This document shows, one piece after another, positions 38,351 through 50,846 of a stretch of DNA of 64,000 nt (positions within the stretch are counted from its first letter, which is position 1; each line of letters starts with the position of its first letter). The notes beneath the pieces were generated by a model that did not search any database, was not told where the DNA came from, and saw nothing but the letters and a program-made list of their open reading frames with translations. The position numbers were made by a program, and so were the translations under genes. This DNA is from Atractiella rhizophila (taxonomy: Eukaryota), in NCBI GenBank assembly GCA_021432655.1, contig MU271321.1:1-64000 (forward strand), given 5' to 3'.

Positions 38351-40751
38351 ATGACGGAGCAGATTCAACGTCGTCTAGTTCTTTTATACGTCGCTGTTGG
38401 AAAGCCTGATTTTTATATCCCTCCATCCGCTGTTGCCTTGTCTGTGAACGAAATATCCCTTGTTGAGGACCTGCAAGATGAAATTCACAGCGTTCTGGAG
38501 GACGAACAACCGACTTTTAAGCGGCTTGAACAGGATGGAGGACGTCGTAGAGTTAGGATTTGGAAATTCAAGATGCCACTTAGTTTGGAAGAGACTAATC
38601 CGGCCAAAATTGAAGACTCTATCCGATCTATCAATTTTCCTTGGAACGACCCCAGCGTTGATCACAAAGTTAGAAACCCCGAGAACTCCTTGCCGTTGGA
38701 GATTCTTCTGCAATCTAGAAAGCTTGGTCATTGTTGGGAGTCTCAACCGGACGTATCTGAATTGCAGTTTATTGCAGAAGTATTGCCGTTGGAGGAGGAG
38801 CATGGCGGTGCGCCCACTCCTCACTCCTCTTTAACAGGACTGCTAACTACATTACTAGTTTGGCAGCGTAATACCGAAAACCTTAACGGTATTCAATTAC
38901 TTGCGCAATTCCAGGCAGAGAAACGTGCATCGTTTCTCCCTCATGATAAACTGCTCGAGATGAACCACATTGTTAACGCTCACGGTGTGTCCCCAGTGCT
39001 CAACGATGCGAAAAAGGAATTGGGTCGAATTTTCGTCTTGCCTCTGCTTTCAGAGCAGCAACATCAATTAGAGCCCTACCTTCAATTTGCGCGCCAACTT
39101 CAAAACCAGTTTCCTTCTCAGAAGCCTTCAAACCGGACGGTAACCAGGAAAGAACTTGGACATTATCATGCGGCGCTTGAAACCCATGTGGATATGAACC
39201 TCGACCGTTATCGCGAGTACAAAGAAGGATACTTCCTTGCGACGTACATGGAAATTGTGGCAGCCGAGCTAGCTGAGCGATTGGGGTTGAAAAGGGTGCA
39301 AAACTCGTTCTTTTTATCGTACGCCGCTTGTGATGTGGGATAGAGCTGAGACTTCATTTACAGCGATAACCAGTGGACATTCCACTTGTTACCTGTCGTC
39401 GAAAACAATGAACACGGGCAAATTACCCACTATAGATTTTCCCCTCGCAGCGGTTACGAGTTTCGCGTGGATGAAATCCCCAGATTTATCGTTGAGGTTC
39501 AGTCGGCAGCGGAATCGCAAGAGAAGGAAGAGGACCAAGCGCGAATGCTGCTCGAAGGGGCTACTGTCGTTAGGATTGCGCAATATGCCATTAACCAGAG
39601 CGAAAAAGACCCGTGGCCCTTTATCATCATTTGTTGCTACGTGGACCGCGATCTGAGGGTTAGGCGATATTTGATGTGTAGTGAGGATATTAAGAATCCT
39701 AGCGTACGCAGATTTCGCTCTTTAGCTCTTTGCTCTGAGCCTTTTACAGGGGAAAGTTGTATACCAACGGGACGATTATTCCCTTCTCACAAAGGATGGA
39801 GCGTTCAAGTTTCTCCTCGAGCTGTACAACTTGACGGCTGTGATTGACTGGGAGAAAAAAATCAACGTGCAGGAGATTGAGCAAGGTCTGAAAGAACAAG
39901 TACGGGGGTTTGAAGCTTTCCACTCAGAAGTCAGCGAATCTGAAAATAAAGAAAATCGCCAGTCCAGTGACCATGGAGCCGCAAAGAAAATGAGAGGTCC
40001 AGTACAGACAGCTCTTACTGATGCAGGCTACTCCCTTGTCCTGCTGCAACCCCAGGGTTTAAAGAGATGGACGACGTCAAGTCTGGTCCGTATTGCCAAC
40101 ACGGTCCTTTCATCACTGATCTCAATAGCGTAGTCGTCATTTTCTTACTCGTACGTTGCAGAAGTTTGTCGAGGAGCACAGCGATTTATCGTCAAGGTCA
40201 TTGAAGACCATGAAGAAGTTGCGATTCACCGTTCCCTTGCTCAAATTGACGACTCAAGAAACCATACGATCAAAATCATCGACCTATTGGAATGTGAGGG
40301 TGACCAGCTCCTGATTCTTCCGCTCGGAGTTCCCTTGCGTGATTTTGAAGGACATCTGGACCCTGCTTTAGCCATCCGTCTCTGCGAACAACTCATTGAA
40401 GGCGTCGCATTCATACACAGCCATGACATTGTGCACTTGGATCTGAAACCAGAAAACCTTGTTGTTATTGGTGACAATCTCCAAATTATCGACTTTGGTT
40501 TATCTGTACGAGTTAATTCTCACACGGTTTTAGAAGGCTTCAGGGGAACGAGAACGTGGGTTGCCCCAGAAGTTGGCGAAAGTGGAGGACCAAAACGGGC
40601 ATTCCACCCTATCCCTGCCGATTTGTGGGCAACAGGACGCATCATCCTTCGTTTCTTTGGCCCCTATCTCCCAGATGATCACAAACTTTTGAAGCTTGCC
40701 ACACAACTGACTCTCCCCAATCCTAACTCTCGACCAGCTCTGCGTCTATAA
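38351..40751 (+). CDS. Crinkler-like protein: CR-NTD + REase-like domain + protein kinase, multi-exon
   Basis: N-terminal LLYVAVG..VEDLQDEI..VRIWK..LGHCW..P..LQFIAEVLP (CRN ubiquitin-like header pattern); FSPRSG..FIVEVQS..DQARMLL; kinase HLDLKPEN, DFG, GTRTWVAPE, DLWATG. First intron 39319-39363. Confidence 0.75.
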
Positions 40752-41674
40752 CTCAGTGGAATGAATCGAAACACAATAAAGAGAGGCATCGAAGTGAACA
40801 CTTTGCCTGTTAGTAAATACAAGTTTGTCCATTCTTATCCCGCCATGTGACTAGAAATTAATCTACGCTTCCAGCAGAAAAGACTACACCCAGCAGGCGC
40901 CAGCCGGATTGGAAGGTTTCTGAAATGTCAAGTCGTCCCTGAAGTTGTCTGCTTCTACTACGATTTGCAAAAGAGTGGCGGGTTTAGCGAAGAGCCGTAT
41001 CGGGTCAGATGTTTATCACCGGTATACTTTTATTTCTCTTCTCGGTGTCTTTCAGCTTTCCGACTCCAGCTGACGCTAGTCTGGCCAAATCAGTCACATT
41101 GCATGAAATGTTTCATGTTATGTCATCAACTAGTGCCTATACTCTACTTCAACCACAGCGTCTGCCTTCACATGCATTACGATCCCTGCTTACAACGTAT
41201 TGAATGGTTGGATAAGTTCTTCCATCATTACAAGGTCATGAAAGGACAGAGAGACCTGTTGCCATCGTGTTCTCTTTACCTTCTTTTTTTAACTCCCCTT
41301 GGCAGCCTGTGGATATTTCACTAGGAAGGCACAGGAGGCAGCTAATAACAGTGATTGTACACTTACGCCTTGGGCCACAGCGCCTCAGCTTATTGAATTA
41401 CTTCAGGACTTAAATCTCCAGGATCCACGGCCTGAGGTATCTCATCAAAAAACACGGGTCTCCCACGGATGAATACAGCTTCCTTTGAAATCATGGGTGC
41501 TGAATGGATAGATGATATGCTACTATTTTTACAGACACTTCTCGCTGTACCCCTAACAAACAACTTGCTAAATTATCCCAAACAAACGAAGCGCAACCTC
41601 TACTGAATCCCAAAAATTTCGAACCCGTTGGCGTCACACTGAAGCTGTCTATCTCGTCCCTTTTAGCATAACGG

Positions 41675-44600
41675 TCATTCTTTACTCCAACCCCTCAGGT
41701 CCGTCCCTCCTGCCAAAAGGATCCCAGCTAGAGTGAACTTCCTCAGCTTCGTCCTAAACTCGAAGACGAGTATGATGACGGAGAGCACTCCGAACATGGC
41801 CCCCGTCGCTATGAGTTGGGGGAGGGACACGTCGACCGTGTATCTCTCGCCCACCGGTGCAGCGAACGAGGAGACGTTGGACCATGGAGTTTGCGCATAT
41901 ATTTTCATTTGCGAGGTCATGACCTTGTTAAAGGTTTTCGAGATATCCGCCCCCTTCCGAGGCACTGTGGAGTTCACTCCGTCGAGTTTCGCGTCGGAAA
42001 GCGCGATCAGACCTGGGAGAGAACCGAATGGGAGATATGGCTGGAAGGAGCCCAGCTCTGAAAGCGCGAGGTTGGAAGCCAAGTAGTAAAAGACATGTGC
42101 GACCTGTGCGAAATCGAGATTTCCGACCTTCTTGCCTAGATTGTCCCTCTTGTCGAATGAAGCGGTTCCGTTGAAGAATGTGGCTGTTGAGTTGTGTAAG
42201 ATCTTAATGTTCGGTTCACAAACAAGGGTGCTCAGTTTAGTTGGGACTTCCAGATACTCCTGGATGTATGCCGAGTACGTAGGGTATAGAGCAGCCCGAA
42301 TCCAATCCTGCCAGTCTGATGAGAGGTCCGCATGAGGGACGGAATCGAGGTTGACTTTCGAACCTGATGAAGAGCCGAAGATCGTCCAAGCGAACAGTCC
42401 GGTGAAGATGTAGTCCTCCTCTCCGTCCATTCGCTGAGGCTGTTGAAGGGGATGAAACCATGGATACCCCCAAGGAGGCGACTGGATCCCCTTTACGTTT
42501 TTATCAGGGAGCTCGATGGAGAAGAACGAGGTGGCATTGACTGCCGGAGTCCAAGTCTGCAACATCGGAACGGTCCAATCACAGTTTATCTTCCAGGTTC
42601 CCAAGTCGGTGTAAAACCTCAGGCTCGCGTTCTGCTCGAAAAAAGTCTCTTGAGGCTGCATGAGGAAGTATCCCTCTCCATCCCCTGCCGGCATCTTCAG
42701 TCCAATCGTAGCGCCTAGCTCCTTCTCCAGCAAAGCGTACCCACTCCCTATGTTACTCGAGGTCTGCAAGCCTTCGATGGATATCTGAATGACGTCTCGA
42801 GACAAGACCGCTTGCTCATTAGCCCAAGGTTTACCTCTAAGAGCAGTGTAGACAGTAGGGACGTCTGCCGAGTAGGAGTTAACGTTATGCTGTTTATCCG
42901 ACTCGAGGGGTACTGGACGGAGTTGAAGTTGAATGGCACCCTGGGAGATGATGGAACAGGCGGACATGATGAAGAAAGCGACAAAGGCGAGACGGTAGTA
43001 GCCGGAGATGAGGGAGCGGGGTTTGAAGAGGATGGAGTGTCGAGTGGAATCGATGACGGAGGTCATGTTGGTGGACACGTCTTCGAGGACTCCTTTGACC
43101 TTTTCTTGTTCCATCAGACCGCGATTCCTCGCTCTATCCGACAATCGCGTCCACTCCTAACCAACCCCCATCAACAACCAACACATCAGTCTCTACACAT
43201 GCAAAGGAGGAAAGTGAGAAGAGGAATACGGACCTCCGATCTAACCTCTCGGATGGCACTCCTCGTTCCTCCCAGAGCCAGCGTACGCCAAAACCCAATA
43301 GCAACCGTGAAGACAGTTCCCACAAGGACCAATCTGCTCTCATCCACCTTCACAGGCACGACGACATCATGGGTATAAGCATAAGAGCCAAAAGCGACAA
43401 AAGCAGCTCCAACGACGGGCGTAATGAAGCCAAACCACCTCCTCAACCCCCTGACCTCTCTCTCGACCCAACCTCTCTTCTTCGACGGTGGCAAATCCAA
43501 ACACAAAGTCTTCATCATTCCCTCCTTCGAAGTCGGGAAGTCCCTCAATCGCACCTTTCCCTCTCTGAAAGCGAACAACACCTTCTCTTCCTCCTCTTCC
43601 TTCCTCCCAAGACCCCTCCGACTTTGGCAGCCACATCCGCAATCTTCCTCCCACTCAACCTCGTCTCCGTCCCCATTCCCCCCTCCGCTCCGCTCCAATC
43701 GATCAAAGCGAGGACTCTGGAGATGCTCAGCTGTCTCCCGACCTTCTTCTCTCTCTTCCCAAACCACAACACCGCCGCTCCAGGGAGGACGAGTAGGGTA
43801 TAAAGCACGAGTACGGCCCACAGAAACTCCTTCTGAGCCTTAATGACGAGACCCAGCCTCTGTCCCTCGCTCTGGACCTGTAACACTCCGAAGGGTCCGT
43901 TGTCGAGATATGCCGTGAGTGCAGCTTGGACGAGAATTGTATAGGTCGCTCCGAGACGGGTGACATTTGCTGGGGTATACGTGAGTATTGCGTTCTGCGC
44001 CACTCCGCCTGCCGAGTCAAAGGGAGTGATGATGAACGAGTACGGATTCGTAGTCGCGAAATCCAGCAGTCCATCCGAAAGGGCGATCTTCATCTGAGTC
44101 TCATCTATGTTTCCAACGCGATAAGGAAGCGGAGCGTTAGTCAACCAGAGAGTTTTCCCGCTCGCTTCCACATGATGAGACTGTACCAGCGTCTGGGGGA
44201 GACAGAGGAGCATGGCCAGTTCCGTCGTCTGAGTGTCCCGGTACGTCGTCGCCCATTCTTCTTGAAATACAGACCAGTTGCTTGGGACGGGAGAGACGGG
44301 GACGGAGGAGAGGTCGATGTACATTCCCTTGGAGGTCTGGATGGAGTCTAACGGTGCACTTTGGGCAACGACCATGAGCGCGCCATCGAAGGAAGGGACA
44401 TATGATTGTGTGACGTTGTCGTATCTGTAAATCGTGTCGAGCAGATCGATCGCTGTCCAACTTCTTCAGCATCTCTCCTTTTCGAAACATACAGTGTGGG
44501 GGGAAAGAACTAACTTCCAGGAAAGAAAGGCACCTTGCCATAACCAGCAAACCCATCACCAATATAAAAAGTCCGATTCTGCTCAACCTCGAAAATATTG

Positions 44601-45613
44601 TCTCCAACCGGTGGTCCAACGGTGGGAGCTATCCACTCGCAGGTGTACGCGAAATACGCTACATCCGTAGGATAACTCTCGCCGTGATCAGAGAGGGAGA
44701 TGTTGGGGAGGGGCACGACAGCGTTTTGGAAAGACCGCGATATCCGGATCGGCGCGTTGTTGAGAGCGGCGAGGACGTAAACGGTGGAGAGCTCGGAGGA
44801 GAGAGAATTGGTGCGGGTGAAGGGGGCGGAGAGATTGGAGTGGAGGGAGCCAGAGGGGAGGGCGGGAAGACCGATGGTATGCGCTCCAGTCGAGTACCAA
44901 CCTGTCGTTGCATAATGTTTGTTGGTGAAAAGATGGAAGGAGGGAAGCGAGAACTAACCTGGAACGAGCTGGAGGAGGGAAGGAGCGAGCTCATTCAGTC
45001 CAAGACTAATGAGGGCGCTAACAAAGACAGCCTTGAAAGCTCTCGAACTTCCGGAAAAGTAAGCGAACAGATCAATAGCCTGTCTAAGCGTTCCACCCAA
45101 GTTGGACGAAACATGATTGAGGTGTTGGAACTCTGCTCCATCTCCTCCCTTCGCTTTCGAGCCGTAACTCGCACTCGACAGCCTCCGATACCACTCTTCC
45201 GCCCTGATCCGGTCGACGAGGTTGCCGACGAAGAGGAGCGTGATGAAGACCCAGATGTTGGCTGCAGCCGTGAGCGCACCTCTGATCTCGGCCGCTCGAT
45301 CTGTGGAATGGGAAACGATGACATCTGTGTTGATGTAAGAGACGTAGATGCAGAACACCAGATAGAGTATTCCTAGAAGGGAGGGGAGGAAAGAGTCTGC
45401 GAGCTTCGAGATTGTTGACGGCACTTCAGATGCTCGTGGAGGAGTGGGATCGACTGTGTCTATGTCGTAGGTGGGATATTCTTCATCTTTCGTTACGAAT
45501 ATCGCTGGTGTGCTGGCAGGTGTGGAAGGGAAGGAGGACGTCGAGAAGGCTGGCGAGAGTGGATGATGGTCGTTGGTCTGGTGCAGCGGCACTGCGACAT
45601 AGTGAGTGGACAT
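41675..45613 (-). CDS. polytopic membrane protein of unknown function made of two tandem homologous modules, multi-exon
   Basis: Several TM segments and N-glycosylation sequons; paired motifs IRAEEWYR/VRSEEWTR, HVSSNL/DVSTNM, LLCLPQ/LVCEPN, VGNID/VGNLD. Confidence 0.7.
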
Positions 45614-46389
45614 GTCGTACTAACACCACTAAGCACCAAAGCATGCCAGTGCGGGGGGGAATGAAGGGAAAGATGGTTATAAAGGTCTGGTCTGCTGTTC
45701 TCATTTTCGAAGAGCGGATGAGCTGACACCAACGCCAAACGCAGAGTTGGGATGGGAAGAATGGGCGAACAAACGAATGAATGCAACACACGATCACAAT
45801 TGGAACATTCATCATCTCCATTCGGAACACTAACCCTTCCCGTGTTCCTCCAAGTTCCTTATCTCTCTTGGCGTTCCCCTGTCGCTTTCTCGCTGTCAAT
45901 GTGTGCTGCGAGAAATACTTGCCACAGCATCCAACATGATGAGCAAGCTCACACGACCACAATAGAGCACAATGTTGCGTTACTCATCCATCCCGATATC
46001 GATGCTGAACGTGTTTACGACTTATCATGTTCGCCCACTCACACAGCCCGCAAAGCTCGGTCAGCATCCCAAAAGAGCAGTCCTCAAGCCGAGAGTGCAC
46101 ATGTCACTAGCAGAAGTTCTATTGTTATCTACAGGGAAAGAAGATGAGGATTTGGTTAACGGGAAGAGGACGTCCCTAACCCTACGGCGCGCTTCGTTGT
46201 ATCCTGGTATCCTGGATCGGTATCGCACTTGATTTCTTGAATGATCAAGATGACAATGGAGGAGCCGCTCACGATTCCAACGCGAAGCCGAAGTGGACTT
46301 CAAATGTAATAAACGACAATTCCATTTCAGGTCAATTCTCTGCTACAGAGTCCACACGAACACAACCAGCGGCATCCCCTCCAGACCCC

Positions 46390-47341
46390 TCAATTCATCC
46401 CAGCCGTCGCAAGTCTCTCCGTCAAGAACTGGGTCCCCAAATTCTGGGTGTCTCGATCGAGGGGATAAGCGAGATGCTGAGCGTTGATCGTAAATCCACA
46501 ACAGACCCCGTCACCGGGGAAACAGACGTCCAAGGTCTTGCCTGACGAGTCGAAGGCGTCGGATATGCCGGAGGAGAGGCGGGAGGAGATGCCTTTGCAG
46601 GTAGAGGTGGAGTCGCCTATGCCACACAGCCATCGTTTAGTCAGTGAGGAGGGAAGGGAAGAACGCGGAGTGACCCTACTCACCTCCCTGGTTGTCGACG
46701 TTTGACGCCTTTCCAGGTGTCCGGTCTGGGTTACCGATCAAGAAGACTCCAGCGACTTTATCGAATGCAGCGCCAGAGATATCTGGCATAGCATCGACGG
46801 TCGCAGCTGCGCCTAAAATATTGAAAAAGATCAATTTATTTGATCCTCTGAGACGTTGGAGCGAGTTACAGACCTTGAGAGTAGCCCAACAACAGATAGA
46901 CTTGGTCTGGACAAGATGTCACGCCGTCGTTGATCGTCTTGAGAATGTCCGCCGTCCCCTCACTGGAATCTTGGTTGAATCCAGCAGGGTACACGGTATC
47001 GTGCTCTGCTCCACCAGGGATCGCTGTTTCAACACCACCAGAAGTGAGATATGCGTCAGGCTCTCTTGACAACGAGAAACGCTTGCCTGCCAAAGTGTTG
47101 CGGACCATCGTCCTAAATCCCGCACTAGGGCCCTGAGGCTCACCTGTTCCACGGGTGTTGATGATCACTACCCAAAATATCATATCAATGTTCCATCACA
47201 GACACGGCAATGGTGAGGAGAAAACGCACGATAACGAGAACAACCCTGACGCTTCCGGAACGGGATGGGGGCTGCACTGGCATTGAAACTGCAAAAGGAG
47301 AGGAGGAGGAAGACGATGGATAGGTTGAACACGGCGAGCAT
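46390..47341 (-). CDS. secreted cutinase / cutinase-like esterase (CE5), multi-exon
   Basis: Signal peptide MLAVFNLSIVFLLLSF with KR site; INTRGTGEPQG, VYPA, CPDQ..LLGYSQG, LIGNP, DVCFPGDGVC, AQHLAY. Ser-Asp-His triad present. Confidence 0.92.
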
Positions 47342-48912
47342 TTTCTCTTCAAGTTGACGAATAATGTCACAATTGAACGATGGCTTGGAAACCCAATATC
47401 TGAGTGGAAGGAATGGAACGACTGGCGCTCGTTAAACAAAGGTGCTGGAGAGTAAACTGAAAAGGCGAAATGGATAAAGTGTAACAGAAAAAGCGAATTT
47501 CGAAGAGCACTCGAGTGCAGAGAGGAGGAGCTGGCCTGGAGGAAACATTGTGCTGCGACCTGGCACTTTTATGAGGAAACGGATGGTTTTTCTTCAAGTT
47601 CGCGAGCAGATTTGCACCATCGACATAGGAGAACATCGCAATGTGGTGGGAGATAGCAAAAACGTTGGGATGTTCGCCGTCGTCAAGGTGCGCAGCTGGG
47701 AGAAGGTAGGCAGGTATCCTTCCGTGGAGCCATCGGTCCTTCTGACCGGCTTCTCATGGAGTGTTTTATCCAACCTATGTGTCCTAGTCCCCTTCCTTGC
47801 AGTGACAGGCGAAGAGCGTTATACTCGTCCGATTTCTTTTCATGCTTTCAACTTGGAGTTTGGGTTTCGCAATCACTGGCATCCATCCTTTCTTCAACAT
47901 CAAAGAGCAAAGCAGAGGATGTCACCGCCCAACATCCACGTAACTTCGCTGATAACACCCGCCACTATTGGTTTTTCCTCCACCTCGTCGCTCCACCATC
48001 GTACACTCCAAATTTGGCAAGTGCCAATAACTCGACGGCCACTTTCTCCATCCATCATATATCAGTGGCAAGGAGTCTGATAAGGGATGCTCCAATACCA
48101 GGAGAACATCAGGAGTGAGTCCACTCCATTGCGTTCTTTATGTAAGCATTGCTTTCTCTTTCAGCCCTTGGCTAACTACGACGAATGACAGGTTATAATA
48201 ACATTGTGAAAGATCCCCTTCACCATCGACACTGAGAATCACCACAACCTTTCCTCCGCTTTCATTAATTTCCCCAGGCTATTACTGCGTTTCTCCTGCT
48301 GAAAGTACACCCTCATGCAACGCTCATAAATGTCCACGATGCGGTCCTTTGCTCGAAACTCGGTTCCTGCACCGACCTTACGCTAACTTCGCTGTGTCCG
48401 CCCTGTTACACGATGTCGACGTCTTTTTTCACCCAATTCATCAACCGTCAATTAATGTCTTGATTGAATGAGCCGAGGACCTGCCACCGCCAAACTCAAC
48501 TGCATATACTTTCATGAACGCCACATTTCGCCCTATCTTTTCTGCCCAGCCATATCTATGCATCCGCACTAAGATGGTCGAGTTTTCGTTGTGTGTGACG
48601 ACATAACGCAGGTATGGATATCTCTTCGTCATTTTTCTCATCTAAAGTTGTTGTTTTTCTCTTCTACTTTGTTAACCTCAAACAAATGTATCACGTTTGG
48701 CTGAGCTCTTGCAAACACATGAGCAGCAGCAACACAAGAACAGGCGTTTATATACATGAGAGCTGTGGCAAATAGACTTCCAGAATGTTCATGAAGAAAG
48801 TATCACTAACATTTTACACATCTCCAACAAAAGTAGATGTATTGGCTATAGTCTGGGATCTTGTCTGGGAGCACAATGGGGTAGTAAAAGAGTCTCTTTT
48901 ACCGAGGGTCTC

Positions 48913-50500
48913 ATGAACCCAGCTCCATCGCGCTCGTTAATCTCATCCCCGGACCAAACTTCATCGCCGCCGTCTAGCTCTCCATTCTTCCGTCTTTTTT
49001 ATCTATTCTACCCCCCACAATTCACACGCTCAGTATACATTTTCACTTACCTCAGGCCTCCGCAAGATTCTCTTCGAAGTTGTGCTCTTTCTCATCTGCA
49101 TGCATGGAACATGTACCCGAGACGATGGCCGAACAGAAGAATGTCAAAGTAGCCGGAACAACTCAGTCAAGCAAGAAGGAAGGGGAACAAGACAGCCACG
49201 AACGGCTCAGCGTAGACAAGAAGTTAGAACTCTTGAAACGCAAGTAACTTAGTATGGTCCAAAAGCTCATAGACTACGAGGCAGATCCGGAGTCACGTGT
49301 GAGCAGGTCGCCTTTTCGCTGAACTTCCTCCTTCCTCTTTCTCCCATCAGAGGAACCTCTGATGAAATATGGTTAGAAACCGAACACCTAGGCTGTAATA
49401 GCGTGGGCTCATTACAGGAGACATTTGGCCGTGGAAGCTTGCGCAGGGGTGAGTCCACCGCACGCTTCTCCCGACTCCGGCGCTGATCTGGCAGGGTTAC
49501 CGTTTCCTCTTCGTCCAGATAATCGCTCCGAGACCATATTCATCCCCGTCACAGACGTCTACGAACGGCGCTTTCTTCCAATTAGTGATCGCACATCATC
49601 GCACTACAGGTCCTCATCTATCGACAGAATTACAGACAATATCCAACTCTCGCTCTCGCCAATTCCAGTGGTTACTCCATGCTATATCTCACGGCTACCT
49701 ATCGAACTGCTGTCTCTCATGTTCTATTTTGTCAGGGTTGACGCCTTCAAATAAGACACAGAACCTGAGCTTGTTGAGTTTGCCGACTCTGGAGAGCTGT
49801 TTCAGTTCAAGGACGAAGCTTCGTCTCCAAAAGAGAAGCTTTCCCGCTTAAAATTCTCCTGGAGCTGGTGCTGGACATTTATGGAGCAGACTTTGGTTGG
49901 AGAGAGATATCAGTGCTGACTTGGTGAAGGAACCTATCGAGGGGTTGCCGAATGTCAGGGAAGGCGGCGGCCGTGTGCCTGAATTTGGAAGGAAGAAGAG
50001 GTGAAGACGGTCTTGAATGTGATTGAAGGCTTGAGAGTGGTGGAGGACGTAACTTTTTGCGACGCTTCGAGACAGTGGAGAAAGGAAGAGGTGGAAATCT
50101 TTGTGCAGAAGATGAGCGGGGGGGTCAAAGCGCTCAGAGCTTATCATGTGGACGATTGAGCCATCCGACCTCAGCAAGCCTCCAACTACCACACGGACGC
50201 ACAGTTAACACTTGTAGTCTTCCCAAAGCTCTCATCGCTATCCCTATCACAAACCTCTAAACGTTGAGTCTCGACCATCGGTGTCTGCTTCCTCCTTCCA
50301 TCTCAAGCTCCCCTCTGCCTCCTCTATTAGAACATCTGTCGCTCGAACTTGCCCCCTACTCAGATGACGGCAAGATCTCCATCTTGCGACTTCTCACACC
50401 TCAAACACCTCACCCACCTCTTCGAAGGAAACGTCGAATCTAATTTCCTGCAAGTTTTTCAGATCGGGCTCCAAGGAATTTGGGATCTGCTGCAATACGA
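48913..50500 (+). pseudogene. F-box/LRR-like family copy 3, heavily degraded
   Basis: Recognisable family remnants (FPLRPDN, CYISRLPIELLSL, SHLKHLTHL) with many frameshifts, stops and an unrelated ~400-bp stretch. Confidence 0.7.
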
Positions 50501-50846
50501 TTGTATTGATACGCCTCGCCGTCCTGGTAAAAGCGCAAGAAGTTTTCCAATGAAATGGAAGACGCAAGAAAGTGCGGGACGTTCCGTCCCGCTTCTGTGC
50601 CGTGACGTGACTCCCATCCGGACGTTCAGGCAAATCCATTCCTCTCACAAACAGCCCATCCAGGGTCCACTCTGTTTCTGTTTGATGCTTCTTCTCCGGC
50701 ATCTTTTAATATTTGTTCACAGCACAGAATGATCAAGACGGTTCAATTTTCATCGTGTCAGTGTGATAATGCAACACAGGCATAATACTATCCCTTTTCG
50801 CTTTCATATTTTTCTGACATGGATTTACGGGTCACAGTCTAGGGAG

